A stretch of DNA of 64,000 nucleotides from an uncultured Candidatus Berkelbacteria bacterium (GTDB lineage: Bacteria > Patescibacteriota > UBA1384 > UBA12157 > JAENIV01): contig OY969116.1 of NCBI GenBank assembly GCA_963698075.1, positions 670,131 to 734,130 on the forward strand. The letters run 5' to 3'. The notes beneath the pieces were generated by a model, which was given only the letters and a program-made list of their open reading frames with translations, made no database searches and had not been told where the DNA came from. Each line of letters begins with the position of its first letter. Position 1 is the first letter of the stretch. Below are positions 44,430-53,584 of the stretch, piece by piece. Position numbers and translations under genes: made by a program.

Positions 44430-45623
44430 ATGGCCAAATTAAAAATAGTGATGATGGTGACTAACCAGGTATCAAACGACCCAAGAGTGGTTCGAGAAGC
44501 AAGGACCTTGCAAAAGATCGCTGAAGTTGTGGTTTTAGGTTATTATCGATCAATTTTACGTTCGACGCATTACAAGGGTAAAGAAAAAATAAATAATTTT
44601 TTAGTCATCCGTGCTCAAGATAAAGATTGGTTTCGGTCAGGTTTCCGACTTGTTTTTTTATTGAATATTTTTCGCTACTATCTGCAAATGAATCGTTTCT
44701 TTATTACAGAGACAGTTAAGCTGAATCCGGATGTGATTCATTGCCATGATCTTGATACGTTATTAGCCGGTTATTTGGCCAAAAAAAAATTGCAGTCTCA
44801 AAAATCTATCAAGTTGGTTTACGATTTACATGAGATTTGGACCGAACAAGGTTTGTATTTACCGAAATTCGCGTTTTGGTTTTTCCGAAAAGTCGAAAAA
44901 ATTCTCTTAAGGAAAATTGATGTTTTAATTTCTGTAAACAAATCTCTTATTGATGAGGTAGCAAAAATTTATCATCATCGGTTTAATTATCCGACGCTAG
45001 CGCTTTACAACTTGCCTTTATTGATAAAGTTCAAAAAAATCGATAATTTTTCTCAATTCCGACCCAAAAAAATTGTCTATTATCACGGCGGCTATATGAA
45101 AAATCGTGGTCTAGAGGAACTGATTCTTGCTGGGAAGCACTTGGATAAATCGGCGATAATTTTATTGCGAATGGTTGCCTCCGAAGAAAATAAGCGGGAA
45201 CTTGTCGACTTAATTGAAGCAAATAATCTTAAAGATAGAGTTTTTTTGATTGATCCCGTTAGAATGGAAAAAACGATTGAAAAGTCTTTTGGTGCCGATA
45301 TTGGTGTAATTCCTTACATTCCAGTTAATGTTAACAATAAATATTCAGCGCCGAATAAACTGTTTGAGTACCCAATGGCGGGAATGGCCCTGGCAACTTC
45401 AGATTTGGTTGAATTTAGAAAAATTTTTAGAAAATATCAAAATGGGGTGACCTTTAATCCCAAAAAACCTAAAAGCATTGCCCAAACAATTAACCGCTTG
45501 TTTAGAAATCCTTCGCTTCTTGAGAAGATGAAGCAAAATTCACTTTTACAGGCAAAGGACTGTAATTGGCAAAAAGAAGAAAAAAAATTATTAAAATTAT
45601 ATCAATATCTATCGGGAGATTGA
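44430..45623 (+). CDS. glycosyltransferase family 4
   Basis: HCHDLDTLLAGY N-terminal domain. C-terminal KLFEYPMAGMALATSD. Confidence 0.75.
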   Translation: MAKLKIVMMVTNQVSNDPRVVREARTLQKIAEVVVLGYYRSILRSTHYKGKEKINNFLVIRAQDKDWFRSGFRLVFLLNIFRYYLQMNRFFITETVKLNPDVIHCHDLDTLLAGYLAKKKLQSQKSIKLVYDLHEIWTEQGLYLPKFAFWFFRKVEKILLRKIDVLISVNKSLIDEVAKIYHHRFNYPTLALYNLPLLIKFKKIDNFSQFRPKKIVYYHGGYMKNRGLEELILAGKHLDKSAIILLRMVASEENKRELVDLIEANNLKDRVFLIDPVRMEKTIEKSFGADIGVIPYIPVNVNNKYSAPNKLFEYPMAGMALATSDLVEFRKIFRKYQNGVTFNPKKPKSIAQTINRLFRNPSLLEKMKQNSLLQAKDCNWQKEEKKLLKLYQYLSGD

Positions 45624-45631
45624 TTTTAATT

Positions 45632-47542
45632 ATGTGCGGAATCACGGGAATAATTAATTTAAATAAGAAATTAATTGATAAAAAAGTTCTGAAAGATATG
45701 ACCAGGATGCTTTCTCATCGCGGACCGGACGATGAGGGTTATTTTATTGGTCCGTCGCAGGCTAAAAACATCGGTTTAGGTCATCGGCGGCTTTCAATTT
45801 TAGATCTTTCGCCGCTTGGTCATCAGCCGATGTTTTACGATAACAAAAATCTCGTGATTGTTTTCAATGGCGAAATCTATAATTATTTGGAAATTCGTCA
45901 AGAACTATCAAGACTCGGTTATAAATTTAGATCTCAATCTGATACCGAGGTAATTTTAGCCGCCTATCAAGAATGGGGGATAGAATGTCTCAAGCGTTTT
46001 AATGGCATGTGGGCTTTTATTCTTTATGACAAGAAAAAAAATGAAGTCTTTGTGGCTCGTGATCGTTTGGGAGTTAAACCAGTTTACTACTCTGTCGATA
46101 AAAAGAGAATATTAATTGCCTCGGAGATTAAAGCAATTTTAGCCCACCCAGAAATAAAAGCCAAGCCCAACAAAGAAATCATTTGGGACTATCTCGTCAC
46201 CGGCTGGCTTGATCATTCAGAAGAAACTTTTTTTGAAAATATCCTAGAATTGCGCGGTGGCAATTATATGGTTATTAGAAATCAGAAATTAGAAATTAAA
46301 AAATACTGGGACTTAAAAATTCAGAAAATATCTCAAAATAAACAGGCTAATATCGAACAATTCCAAAATTTATTTATGGATTCGGTAAGGTTAAGATTGC
46401 GTTCTGATGTTCCGATTGGGACTTGTCTTTCTGGCGGGCTGGACTCTTCCGCGATTGTTATGGCAATTAATAGATATCTCAAACAGGGAGAGTTAGAGCA
46501 AATCGGCCAATGGCAGAAGACTTTTTCCGCCATTTACGGTCTCCATTTCCCCGAAGTCGACGAAGCCAAATATATTCGCGAAATTACTAAAAAAACTCAA
46601 GCCAAACCCTATTTTGTCAAGCCTTCCGGAAAAAATTTAGCTCTAGAGATAACCAAACTGGTTTATCATCAAGATCAACCTTTCAGCACGACCAGTATCT
46701 ATGCTCAATGGAATGTTTTCCGCCTAGCCGCTAAAAAAAACATGAAAGTCATGCTTGACGGTCAGGGCGCGGATGAATTGCTGGCTGGCTACACCGGTTA
46801 TTTTGGCATTTATTTTATTGATCTTTTAAGAAGAAGAAAAATAGGGCTGTTTTTCAGGGAACTTTTTTGGTTTGCTCGGCTTCATCCGCCTTTTTGGAAA
46901 AATATGTTGTCAATCCTCAACCGAGCTCTGCGGGCTGGCTGGTTGGGTCAAAAAGCGACCAATTTTTTTCAATCTTCTAATCCTAGCTATCAAGTTTTTG
47001 AAAAAAAATTTTTAACCAGTTTCTTCCCGCCGAAAAGAAAACCTTTTAGTCAAAATTATTTTCAGAGCGCATTATATAATTCCTTAATGATGAATTTATC
47101 GTCTCTTTTACGCTATGAAGATCGCAATTCCATGGCCTTTGCGATCGAATCGCGGGTGCCCTTTTTAGATTATCGGCTGGTGGAATTTATTTTTTCCGTG
47201 AGATCTGACTTTAAAATCAGAAATGGCCAGACAAAATGGATTATGCGTCAAGCGCTCAAAGGGATTTTACCCGAAAAGATTCGCCTTCGCCAAGATAAAA
47301 TTGGTTTTGCGACTCCGGAAGAGCAATGGCTCAAAAAAGACCTTAAAAAAGAATTGATTAATTGTTTTTCTTCAAAGAGTTTTGCCAGCCGTGGTTTAAT
47401 CAATCCTCAAAAAACCCTCGAATTATATGAGAAATTTTGTGCCGGCCATTTTACTGACAGTCAGCTCTTTTGGCGCTTGTATAATTTGGAAATATGGTTT
47501 AGAGTTTTTATTGATCAATTAGAACGCAATCATGAAATGTGA
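45632..47542 (+). CDS. asparagine synthase (glutamine-hydrolysing) family amidotransferase, second copy
   Basis: MCGITGI N-terminal nucleophile. SGGLDSS PP-loop. The start was chosen at the ATG giving an N-terminal Cys. Confidence 0.85.
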   Translation: MCGITGIINLNKKLIDKKVLKDMTRMLSHRGPDDEGYFIGPSQAKNIGLGHRRLSILDLSPLGHQPMFYDNKNLVIVFNGEIYNYLEIRQELSRLGYKFRSQSDTEVILAAYQEWGIECLKRFNGMWAFILYDKKKNEVFVARDRLGVKPVYYSVDKKRILIASEIKAILAHPEIKAKPNKEIIWDYLVTGWLDHSEETFFENILELRGGNYMVIRNQKLEIKKYWDLKIQKISQNKQANIEQFQNLFMDSVRLRLRSDVPIGTCLSGGLDSSAIVMAINRYLKQGELEQIGQWQKTFSAIYGLHFPEVDEAKYIREITKKTQAKPYFVKPSGKNLALEITKLVYHQDQPFSTTSIYAQWNVFRLAAKKNMKVMLDGQGADELLAGYTGYFGIYFIDLLRRRKIGLFFRELFWFARLHPPFWKNMLSILNRALRAGWLGQKATNFFQSSNPSYQVFEKKFLTSFFPPKRKPFSQNYFQSALYNSLMMNLSSLLRYEDRNSMAFAIESRVPFLDYRLVEFIFSVRSDFKIRNGQTKWIMRQALKGILPEKIRLRQDKIGFATPEEQWLKKDLKKELINCFSSKSFASRGLINPQKTLELYEKFCAGHFTDSQLFWRLYNLEIWFRVFIDQLERNHEM

Positions 47543-48215
47543 TTTTTCCTACAATCACTATCGCGGTGTTTTAAAAAAGGCCTTAAGGATGAATTTTGTC
47601 ATTACTAACTTTCGTGATTATCCCCAAGTCCAAAAATCGGCCAAAATCATTATTTTAAGGCATGATATTGATTCTTTCCCCGAGAGAGATTTAAAGATTG
47701 CTCAGATTGAAAATCATTTAAGCATTAAATCAACCTTTTTTGTTCGAGTCCATGGCGAGTATTACTCTCCCTTTGAAAAAAATACCTTCAAAAACTTACA
47801 AGAAATTTTAAAGCTCGGCCATGAAATTGGTTTACATTTTGAGGCTCGTCTCTTAGCACCAGATTGGAAGATGAATAGAATTGAAGTTTTCAAAAGAGAA
47901 AAGAGGGTTCTTGAAGAAATGCTCGGCCTCAAAATTATCTCCGCGGCGGAACATGCTTATCTCGGGCGGCCAGAAAATTTCTGGAAAAATCATTTTTTTA
48001 CTCAGGTTTCAAAAGCGAAAGTGGGCATTAAGAATTATCCCCAAGAAAAAAGATTTCAAAAATTTCATTACTTGTCAGACAGCTTAGGCCACTGGCGAGA
48101 AGGTTGCCTTTGTAAAAATCTGCCAAAATATAATTATTTCCAAGTACTGTTTCACTCAGCTCAATGGGGCAAGGGTGGTGTCAGGGCTGTCAAAAAATTA
48201 TTAAATTTGACTTAA
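47532..48215 (+). CDS. polysaccharide deacetylase (NodB homology) family protein
   Basis: ILRHDIDS (Asp-Asp motif). STFFV. GHEIGLH. Confidence 0.6.
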   Translation: MKCDFSYNHYRGVLKKALRMNFVITNFRDYPQVQKSAKIIILRHDIDSFPERDLKIAQIENHLSIKSTFFVRVHGEYYSPFEKNTFKNLQEILKLGHEIGLHFEARLLAPDWKMNRIEVFKREKRVLEEMLGLKIISAAEHAYLGRPENFWKNHFFTQVSKAKVGIKNYPQEKRFQKFHYLSDSLGHWREGCLCKNLPKYNYFQVLFHSAQWGKGGVRAVKKLLNLT

Positions 48216-48217
48216 AA

Positions 48218-50032
48218 ATGTCAATTTACAAATCTCACGGATCGGGAAAATTTAAAAAGAAAGATTTTGCCAAAATTGGCCAAAATGTCATCTTTGAACC
48301 AGGCGCGTTAGTTTTTTATCCAGAAAACATGGAGATTGGTTCTAATGTTTACATTGGTCATCACACGGTTTTGAACGGTTATTTTAAAAATAAAATGATT
48401 ATTGGCGATAATGTCTGGATTGGTCGAAATTGTTTCCTCCATTCTGCTGGCGGACTGGCAATTGGGTCTAAGGTTGGAATTGCCCCTGGGGTTGAAATTA
48501 TTAGTGCCGCCCATGATCTCAAAAGAGATGACTTAGGTCCAATCATTGATTTGCCGATCAAGTTTAGACCTGTCAAAATTGAAGACAAATCTGATATCGG
48601 GGTCGGCGCCATTATTCTGCCGGGCGTGACGATTGCTGAAGGTACTCAGGTAGGCGCAGGGGCGGTGGTAACTAAAGATACTGATCGCTATACAATCGTC
48701 GCCGGGGTGCCGGCGCGTAAAATTGGTGTCCGTCAAAGTGTTTATGAAAAAAAATCGGCCCAATCAAACCTGTCCTTATTTAAAGTTTTCCTTGGTATGG
48801 CAAATTCAGTCATCCGGTATTTTTTTGATGGTCTATTTTTTCTTTTCTATCCTTTATTGGTAATTTATTCCTGGTCCCGATATGGCTTTAAGCGATGGTT
48901 AAAATTAAAGCCTTCAATCATCGTTTCTCCTTTTGGCTTGCCTTTACCCTTTTACGCCGTTCGAGCCATCCGAACTGAAAGATATCAAGCCGATAATTTA
49001 GCTTTTGTCTGTCATTCATATTTTCGACCGATAAGTTTTGGTTTAATTGTCTCTGACCATCGATTCTTACACTATTTCACCTTTCTGACTGACCGCGTTT
49101 TTTTATTTTGCTGGGCAATTTTTAAATATGACATTTTTGAATGTCCATTTAGTGGGGGTATTTTGATGTATTCTCATTTGAGAAAACTGGAATATTTCCT
49201 TTTAAAATTGGCTGGCAAAAAAATCTCCGTCTATGGCTATGGTTCGGATTGTAAAATTTTATCAGAGATTCGAAACGAAGCTGAGAAGTTGGGGATAAAA
49301 TATCACACGGCCATGGATCGCATTGAAGCCACCGAATCAAACACCGAAAAAAATATCCGAGCCAATCTTTGGCGCGCTCAAAAATATGCGGATGTTTTAT
49401 TGGCGGCCGGTGATCTCATTCATCTTGGCCCAAAAAGTATCATGCTTCCCTTGGCTGCTGATCTTTCCCTTTGGTTGTATCAACCGCCACCTAAGAACAA
49501 ATTGGTGACCATTATTCATGCGACCAATCACCGAAGCCATAAGGGGAGTAGATTTATTTTAGACATTGTCAGCCGGCTAGAAAAGAAATTGCCGGTGAAA
49601 ATGGTTGTTGTTGAAAAAAAGACCCTAAGCGAATGTCAGAAAATTTATCCTACCGGCGATATTTTTATTACTGATGTCGTGGCAGGTTGGCACGGTTTCG
49701 CTGGCATCGAAGCCATGGCAATTGGCCGGCCAGTTATCAGCTATCGCCGCGCTGATATGGCCCGATTCCATCACTATTATGCCAAAAATATTCCGGTGGT
49801 TTCGGCCAATCCTGATAATTTAGCTCAAGTTGTAACCTCCTTAGTTAGAGATCGTAAACTAAGAGAAGATCTCGGCCGGCGTGGCCGCCAATATGTTCTC
49901 AAATATCATTCTTTCGAATTCGTGGGAAAACTTAGAGCCATTATTTATGAATATATTTGGCAGAGTCAAAAGATTAATCAAAAAATCTTTGAAAAAGAGG
50001 TCAGAAAAAGAAAATTGGTAAAATTTTCATGA
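48218..50032 (+). CDS. fusion protein: LbH acetyltransferase domain + membrane segment + divergent GT4-like domain
   Basis: N-terminal hexapeptide repeats (IGDNVWIGRNCFL...IGVGAIILPGVTI). Central hydrophobic stretch. C-terminal HATNHRSHKGS and VVAGWHGFAGIEAMAIGRPVI paralogous to 43367 and 52497. Confidence 0.55.
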   Translation: MSIYKSHGSGKFKKKDFAKIGQNVIFEPGALVFYPENMEIGSNVYIGHHTVLNGYFKNKMIIGDNVWIGRNCFLHSAGGLAIGSKVGIAPGVEIISAAHDLKRDDLGPIIDLPIKFRPVKIEDKSDIGVGAIILPGVTIAEGTQVGAGAVVTKDTDRYTIVAGVPARKIGVRQSVYEKKSAQSNLSLFKVFLGMANSVIRYFFDGLFFLFYPLLVIYSWSRYGFKRWLKLKPSIIVSPFGLPLPFYAVRAIRTERYQADNLAFVCHSYFRPISFGLIVSDHRFLHYFTFLTDRVFLFCWAIFKYDIFECPFSGGILMYSHLRKLEYFLLKLAGKKISVYGYGSDCKILSEIRNEAEKLGIKYHTAMDRIEATESNTEKNIRANLWRAQKYADVLLAAGDLIHLGPKSIMLPLAADLSLWLYQPPPKNKLVTIIHATNHRSHKGSRFILDIVSRLEKKLPVKMVVVEKKTLSECQKIYPTGDIFITDVVAGWHGFAGIEAMAIGRPVISYRRADMARFHHYYAKNIPVVSANPDNLAQVVTSLVRDRKLREDLGRRGRQYVLKYHSFEFVGKLRAIIYEYIWQSQKINQKIFEKEVRKRKLVKFS

Positions 50033-51525
50033 AAAAAATTTCTTTAGAAAAATATTTTGTCGCTCTTTCACGCGATAGCTTAATTTACGGTCTTGGTAAT
50101 GCGGTCTTAAGAATCTTAGCCTTATTGACCGCGCCGATTTTTACCCGGGTTTTTATCCCGGCTGAATATGGCATTATTAGTTTAATCGCTTCCGTCATTT
50201 CTTTTTTAAGTATCTTTCTGATTTTTGGGATGGATAACGCGATTTTTATCAGTTTTTATCAGTATAAAAATCAAAGAAAAACAGTCATCTCTTCGGCCTT
50301 TTGGTTTCTATTGCTTTGGGGGCTTTTTTTAGTTGGCGTTGCCAGTTTATTTAGTCAAAATTTTTCAGAGATTATTTTTAAAACGCCGACTTACAAAATT
50401 TTATTTCTTTTAACTTTTTGGACGGCTTATCTGACTTTACTCGTTAATTTAGCCAAAATTATTTTTCGTCTCCAATTTCGGGCCAAAACTTTTGCGACGG
50501 TGGCCATCCTTAATGCCCTCCTTTCAACCGGTTTGATGATTCTTTTTGTGGTCTATTTAAAAAAGGGTCTTACTGGCTATTTTACCGGCTCGCTGATCGG
50601 CACAGCGGTTTCGGTCTTACTCGCCTTGTTTTTAATTAGGACTAATTTAGAGTGGAAAATTTCCTGGTCGCGACTTAAAGAGATGGTTATTTTTGGCTCC
50701 TATGTTCTGCCGGCTTCAGTTTCTTTTTTTGTCTTTGATCTTTCTGATCGATTTTTTCTCAACCATTATCGAAATCTCTCCGAGATCGGCCTTTATTCGA
50801 TTGGTATTAATATTGCCTCAATCTTAGTTTTTTTCTCTTATGCCTTAGGTCAGGCCTGGGCACCCATGGTTTTAAATATTTATTATTCTTCGAGAAAAAT
50901 ATTCCATCAATTCGTCCCTCGTTTATTAGTTTATTATCTAATCTTCTTCTTTTCTTTGGCAGCGCTAATTACTTTATTTGGTCAAGAGATATTGCGCGTC
51001 TTTGCCACTCCAAAGTTTTATGGAGCCGCTAAAGTTATCGGTCCTTTGACGATCGCCATGGTTTTTTTGGCCTCGAATCAGATAACTTGTTTGGGAATGA
51101 CGATTTCTCGAAAAATGAAATACTTTGCCATTAATACAATTTTAGCGGCAGTTTTAAATATTGTTTTAAATTTTATTCTCATTCCGAAATATGGCATGAT
51201 CGGCGCTGGCTGGGCGACTGCGAGCTCGTATTTGTTTTTAACGTTGGCTTATTATTTTAGTAGCCAAAAATTCATTCCCCTAAAAATAGATTGGTCCAAA
51301 ATTATAAAATTATCCTTTATCAGTTTAGGCGTGATTACTTTCGGGTCAATTTTTTGGCGATTTAGCCCCTTCGTTAATCTTGTTATTAAAATTCTCGAGT
51401 TTGCTTTTTTCTTGATTTTGCTCTATTTATTCGCAATAATCGAAAAGCAAGAAATTATTTATCTGAAAGTCTCTTTTAAAAAATTGGCAAAATTAGTACT
51501 TAGGAAGAGGAGAAATGACTATTGA
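50029..51525 (+). CDS. Wzx-like oligosaccharide flippase (MOP superfamily)
   Basis: About 14 TM helices. Typical polysaccharide-biosynthesis-protein topology and size. Confidence 0.65.
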   Translation: MKKISLEKYFVALSRDSLIYGLGNAVLRILALLTAPIFTRVFIPAEYGIISLIASVISFLSIFLIFGMDNAIFISFYQYKNQRKTVISSAFWFLLLWGLFLVGVASLFSQNFSEIIFKTPTYKILFLLTFWTAYLTLLVNLAKIIFRLQFRAKTFATVAILNALLSTGLMILFVVYLKKGLTGYFTGSLIGTAVSVLLALFLIRTNLEWKISWSRLKEMVIFGSYVLPASVSFFVFDLSDRFFLNHYRNLSEIGLYSIGINIASILVFFSYALGQAWAPMVLNIYYSSRKIFHQFVPRLLVYYLIFFFSLAALITLFGQEILRVFATPKFYGAAKVIGPLTIAMVFLASNQITCLGMTISRKMKYFAINTILAAVLNIVLNFILIPKYGMIGAGWATASSYLFLTLAYYFSSQKFIPLKIDWSKIIKLSFISLGVITFGSIFWRFSPFVNLVIKILEFAFFLILLYLFAIIEKQEIIYLKVSFKKLAKLVLRKRRNDY

Positions 51526-52546
51526 TCAGATTGTGCCTAAATTTAGAAAGAAATACCGTAAGGCCATTGTCACTGGCGGAGCGGGTTTTATCGGCTCCCA
51601 TATTTGCGAAGAGTTAGTCAAGGGTGGTCTTCCGGTTATCTCAATTGATCATTATTTGGCCGGCAAAAGTAGAAATCTGGCCCACCTTAAAAAATTCCCT
51701 CATTTTCGAGCCGTCAAGTGTGATATTACCGATTATCATTGTCTGGCGCGTTATTTTAAAGGTGTAGATATCGTTTTTCACAACGCCGCTTCCAAAAAAA
51801 GTGTCTGTCTGATTGACCCTCGTCGCGATTTAGAAGTCAATGGTGCGGGCACTTTTAATATGTTGGAACTAGCTCGTTTGAATAAAATTAAAAAGTTTAT
51901 TCATGCCTCGAGCGGTTCTGTCTATGGGGAAATGATTAAAATACAAAATGAAAATCATCCCACTAATCCAGTTTCTTTTTATGGCGTCAGTAAATTAACC
52001 GGCGAAAAATATGTTCAGGTTTTTCATAAGGTTTATGGTCTTGATACCACGATTTTAAGATACTTCCATGTTTATGGCCCACGCCAAGAATTTAATGAAT
52101 TTGGCGGAGTGGTGGCAATTTTCATCAATAATCTTTTACGGGGCGAACGACCGGTGATTTATGGTACTGGTCGCCAGGAGCGCTCTTTTACTTATGTTAA
52201 AGATGTCGTCAAGGCTAACTTATTAGTCGCCACGCGTCCAGAAACCAAGGGGAAGGTTTATAATTGTGCTTCAGGGATTAAAGTAACCATTAATGACCTT
52301 TGTAAGGCGACTTTGAAAGCTTTTGATAAGGAGAAAATTAAACCTATTTATAAAGATTGGCAGGTGGGCGACATCAAAAAATTCCGAATTGATAATTCAA
52401 AAATTAAAAAAATTGGGATGGACTTTGAGACAAATTTTAATCTAAAATTAGCGGAAACGATTAAGGAAACAATTCCTTATATCCGAAATATTCAAAATGC
52501 AAAAAAGAGATCCTCTCAAAAACAAGCGAATCTTCGTCGGTTTTAA
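51515..52546 (+). CDS. NAD-dependent epimerase/dehydratase (SDR)
   Basis: VTGGAGFIGSHI. Catalytic YGVSKLTGE. Confidence 0.75.
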   Translation: MTIDQIVPKFRKKYRKAIVTGGAGFIGSHICEELVKGGLPVISIDHYLAGKSRNLAHLKKFPHFRAVKCDITDYHCLARYFKGVDIVFHNAASKKSVCLIDPRRDLEVNGAGTFNMLELARLNKIKKFIHASSGSVYGEMIKIQNENHPTNPVSFYGVSKLTGEKYVQVFHKVYGLDTTILRYFHVYGPRQEFNEFGGVVAIFINNLLRGERPVIYGTGRQERSFTYVKDVVKANLLVATRPETKGKVYNCASGIKVTINDLCKATLKAFDKEKIKPIYKDWQVGDIKKFRIDNSKIKKIGMDFETNFNLKLAETIKETIPYIRNIQNAKKRSSQKQANLRRF

Positions 52547-53555
52547 CTACGCCGGCGCCCCGGGTATTTACGCTTTTACCCGCGCTTTAAGAAAGAGGGG
52601 ATATAAAATCGATTTCTATGGCATTAAAGAAATCCGCTATGGAATGCCAGTCGATTTTTTGCTGCGATTTTCTTCCTCAAAGATAATTAGTTTTTTCGAA
52701 CGTTTTATTTATTTTTTCAAGATTCTGCCTCAATATGACCTCTGGCATTTTAATTATATTGAGGCATTTTTTTGGTATCCGCTTAATTTATTCATCCTCA
52801 AGTTATTTGGCAAAAAAATTGTTTCCACTTTTCGAGGCTCTGACGTAAGGACAAATATTGATTTTCTTCCCTTAAATCTTTATAAAAAAATCCCCTCAAA
52901 TTCCTGGCCCATTTTTTACCAACAAAATGTCGTTCATCACTTTTGGCAAAAATTTCTTCTCGAGTTAAGGATTAAAATATTTTGTTGGCTTTCCGATCAA
53001 GTGGTTATCATCGGTCCTTTTTTGGCCAGCTCTGTGCCTCATTACGATAAAATGATATCCTACGCCCAAGACCTTAAAGTTATCGGCTCTCAAAAAATAG
53101 CCAACCAATCAGCCAAAGGTAGAAAAATCACTATTTTACATGCCCCGAGCGATTTCGTTACCAAAGGCTCTGAGACTGTCAAAGGGGTTTTTGCTCAGTT
53201 GTCCAAGAAATATTTAAATTGTAATTTTAAAATTATGCCAAAAATGCCTCATAAAGAACTTTTGGCCGAAATGGCGAAAGCCGATATTGTCATTGATCAG
53301 TTATTGGTTGGTTGGTATGGGTTGCAGGCGGTTGAAGCCATGGCGATGGGAAAAATTGTGGTTGCCTTTCTCAATCCTGCCTATTTACCCTTAGTTTCTT
53401 TTGACAAAAACATTCCTATCTGGAATAGCAATGTTTGGACCTTCAGTCAAGATATTGAAAATTTGTTGATCTTATATCCTAAGATCAGTGGGCAATGGGC
53501 CACGAAGTCGATTCAATTTGTCAGAAAAAAATCACTCCGCCGCCAAAATTGCTAG
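52497..53555 (+). CDS. divergent GT4-like glycosyltransferase (paralog of 43367-44419)
   Basis: HAPSDFVTKGSE box. DQLLVGWYGLQAVEAMAMGKIVV. Confidence 0.4.
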   Translation: MQKRDPLKNKRIFVGFNYAGAPGIYAFTRALRKRGYKIDFYGIKEIRYGMPVDFLLRFSSSKIISFFERFIYFFKILPQYDLWHFNYIEAFFWYPLNLFILKLFGKKIVSTFRGSDVRTNIDFLPLNLYKKIPSNSWPIFYQQNVVHHFWQKFLLELRIKIFCWLSDQVVIIGPFLASSVPHYDKMISYAQDLKVIGSQKIANQSAKGRKITILHAPSDFVTKGSETVKGVFAQLSKKYLNCNFKIMPKMPHKELLAEMAKADIVIDQLLVGWYGLQAVEAMAMGKIVVAFLNPAYLPLVSFDKNIPIWNSNVWTFSQDIENLLILYPKISGQWATKSIQFVRKKSLRRQNC

Positions 53556-53584
53556 CCAATACCTAGAGGCCTATCAGGAGACAT

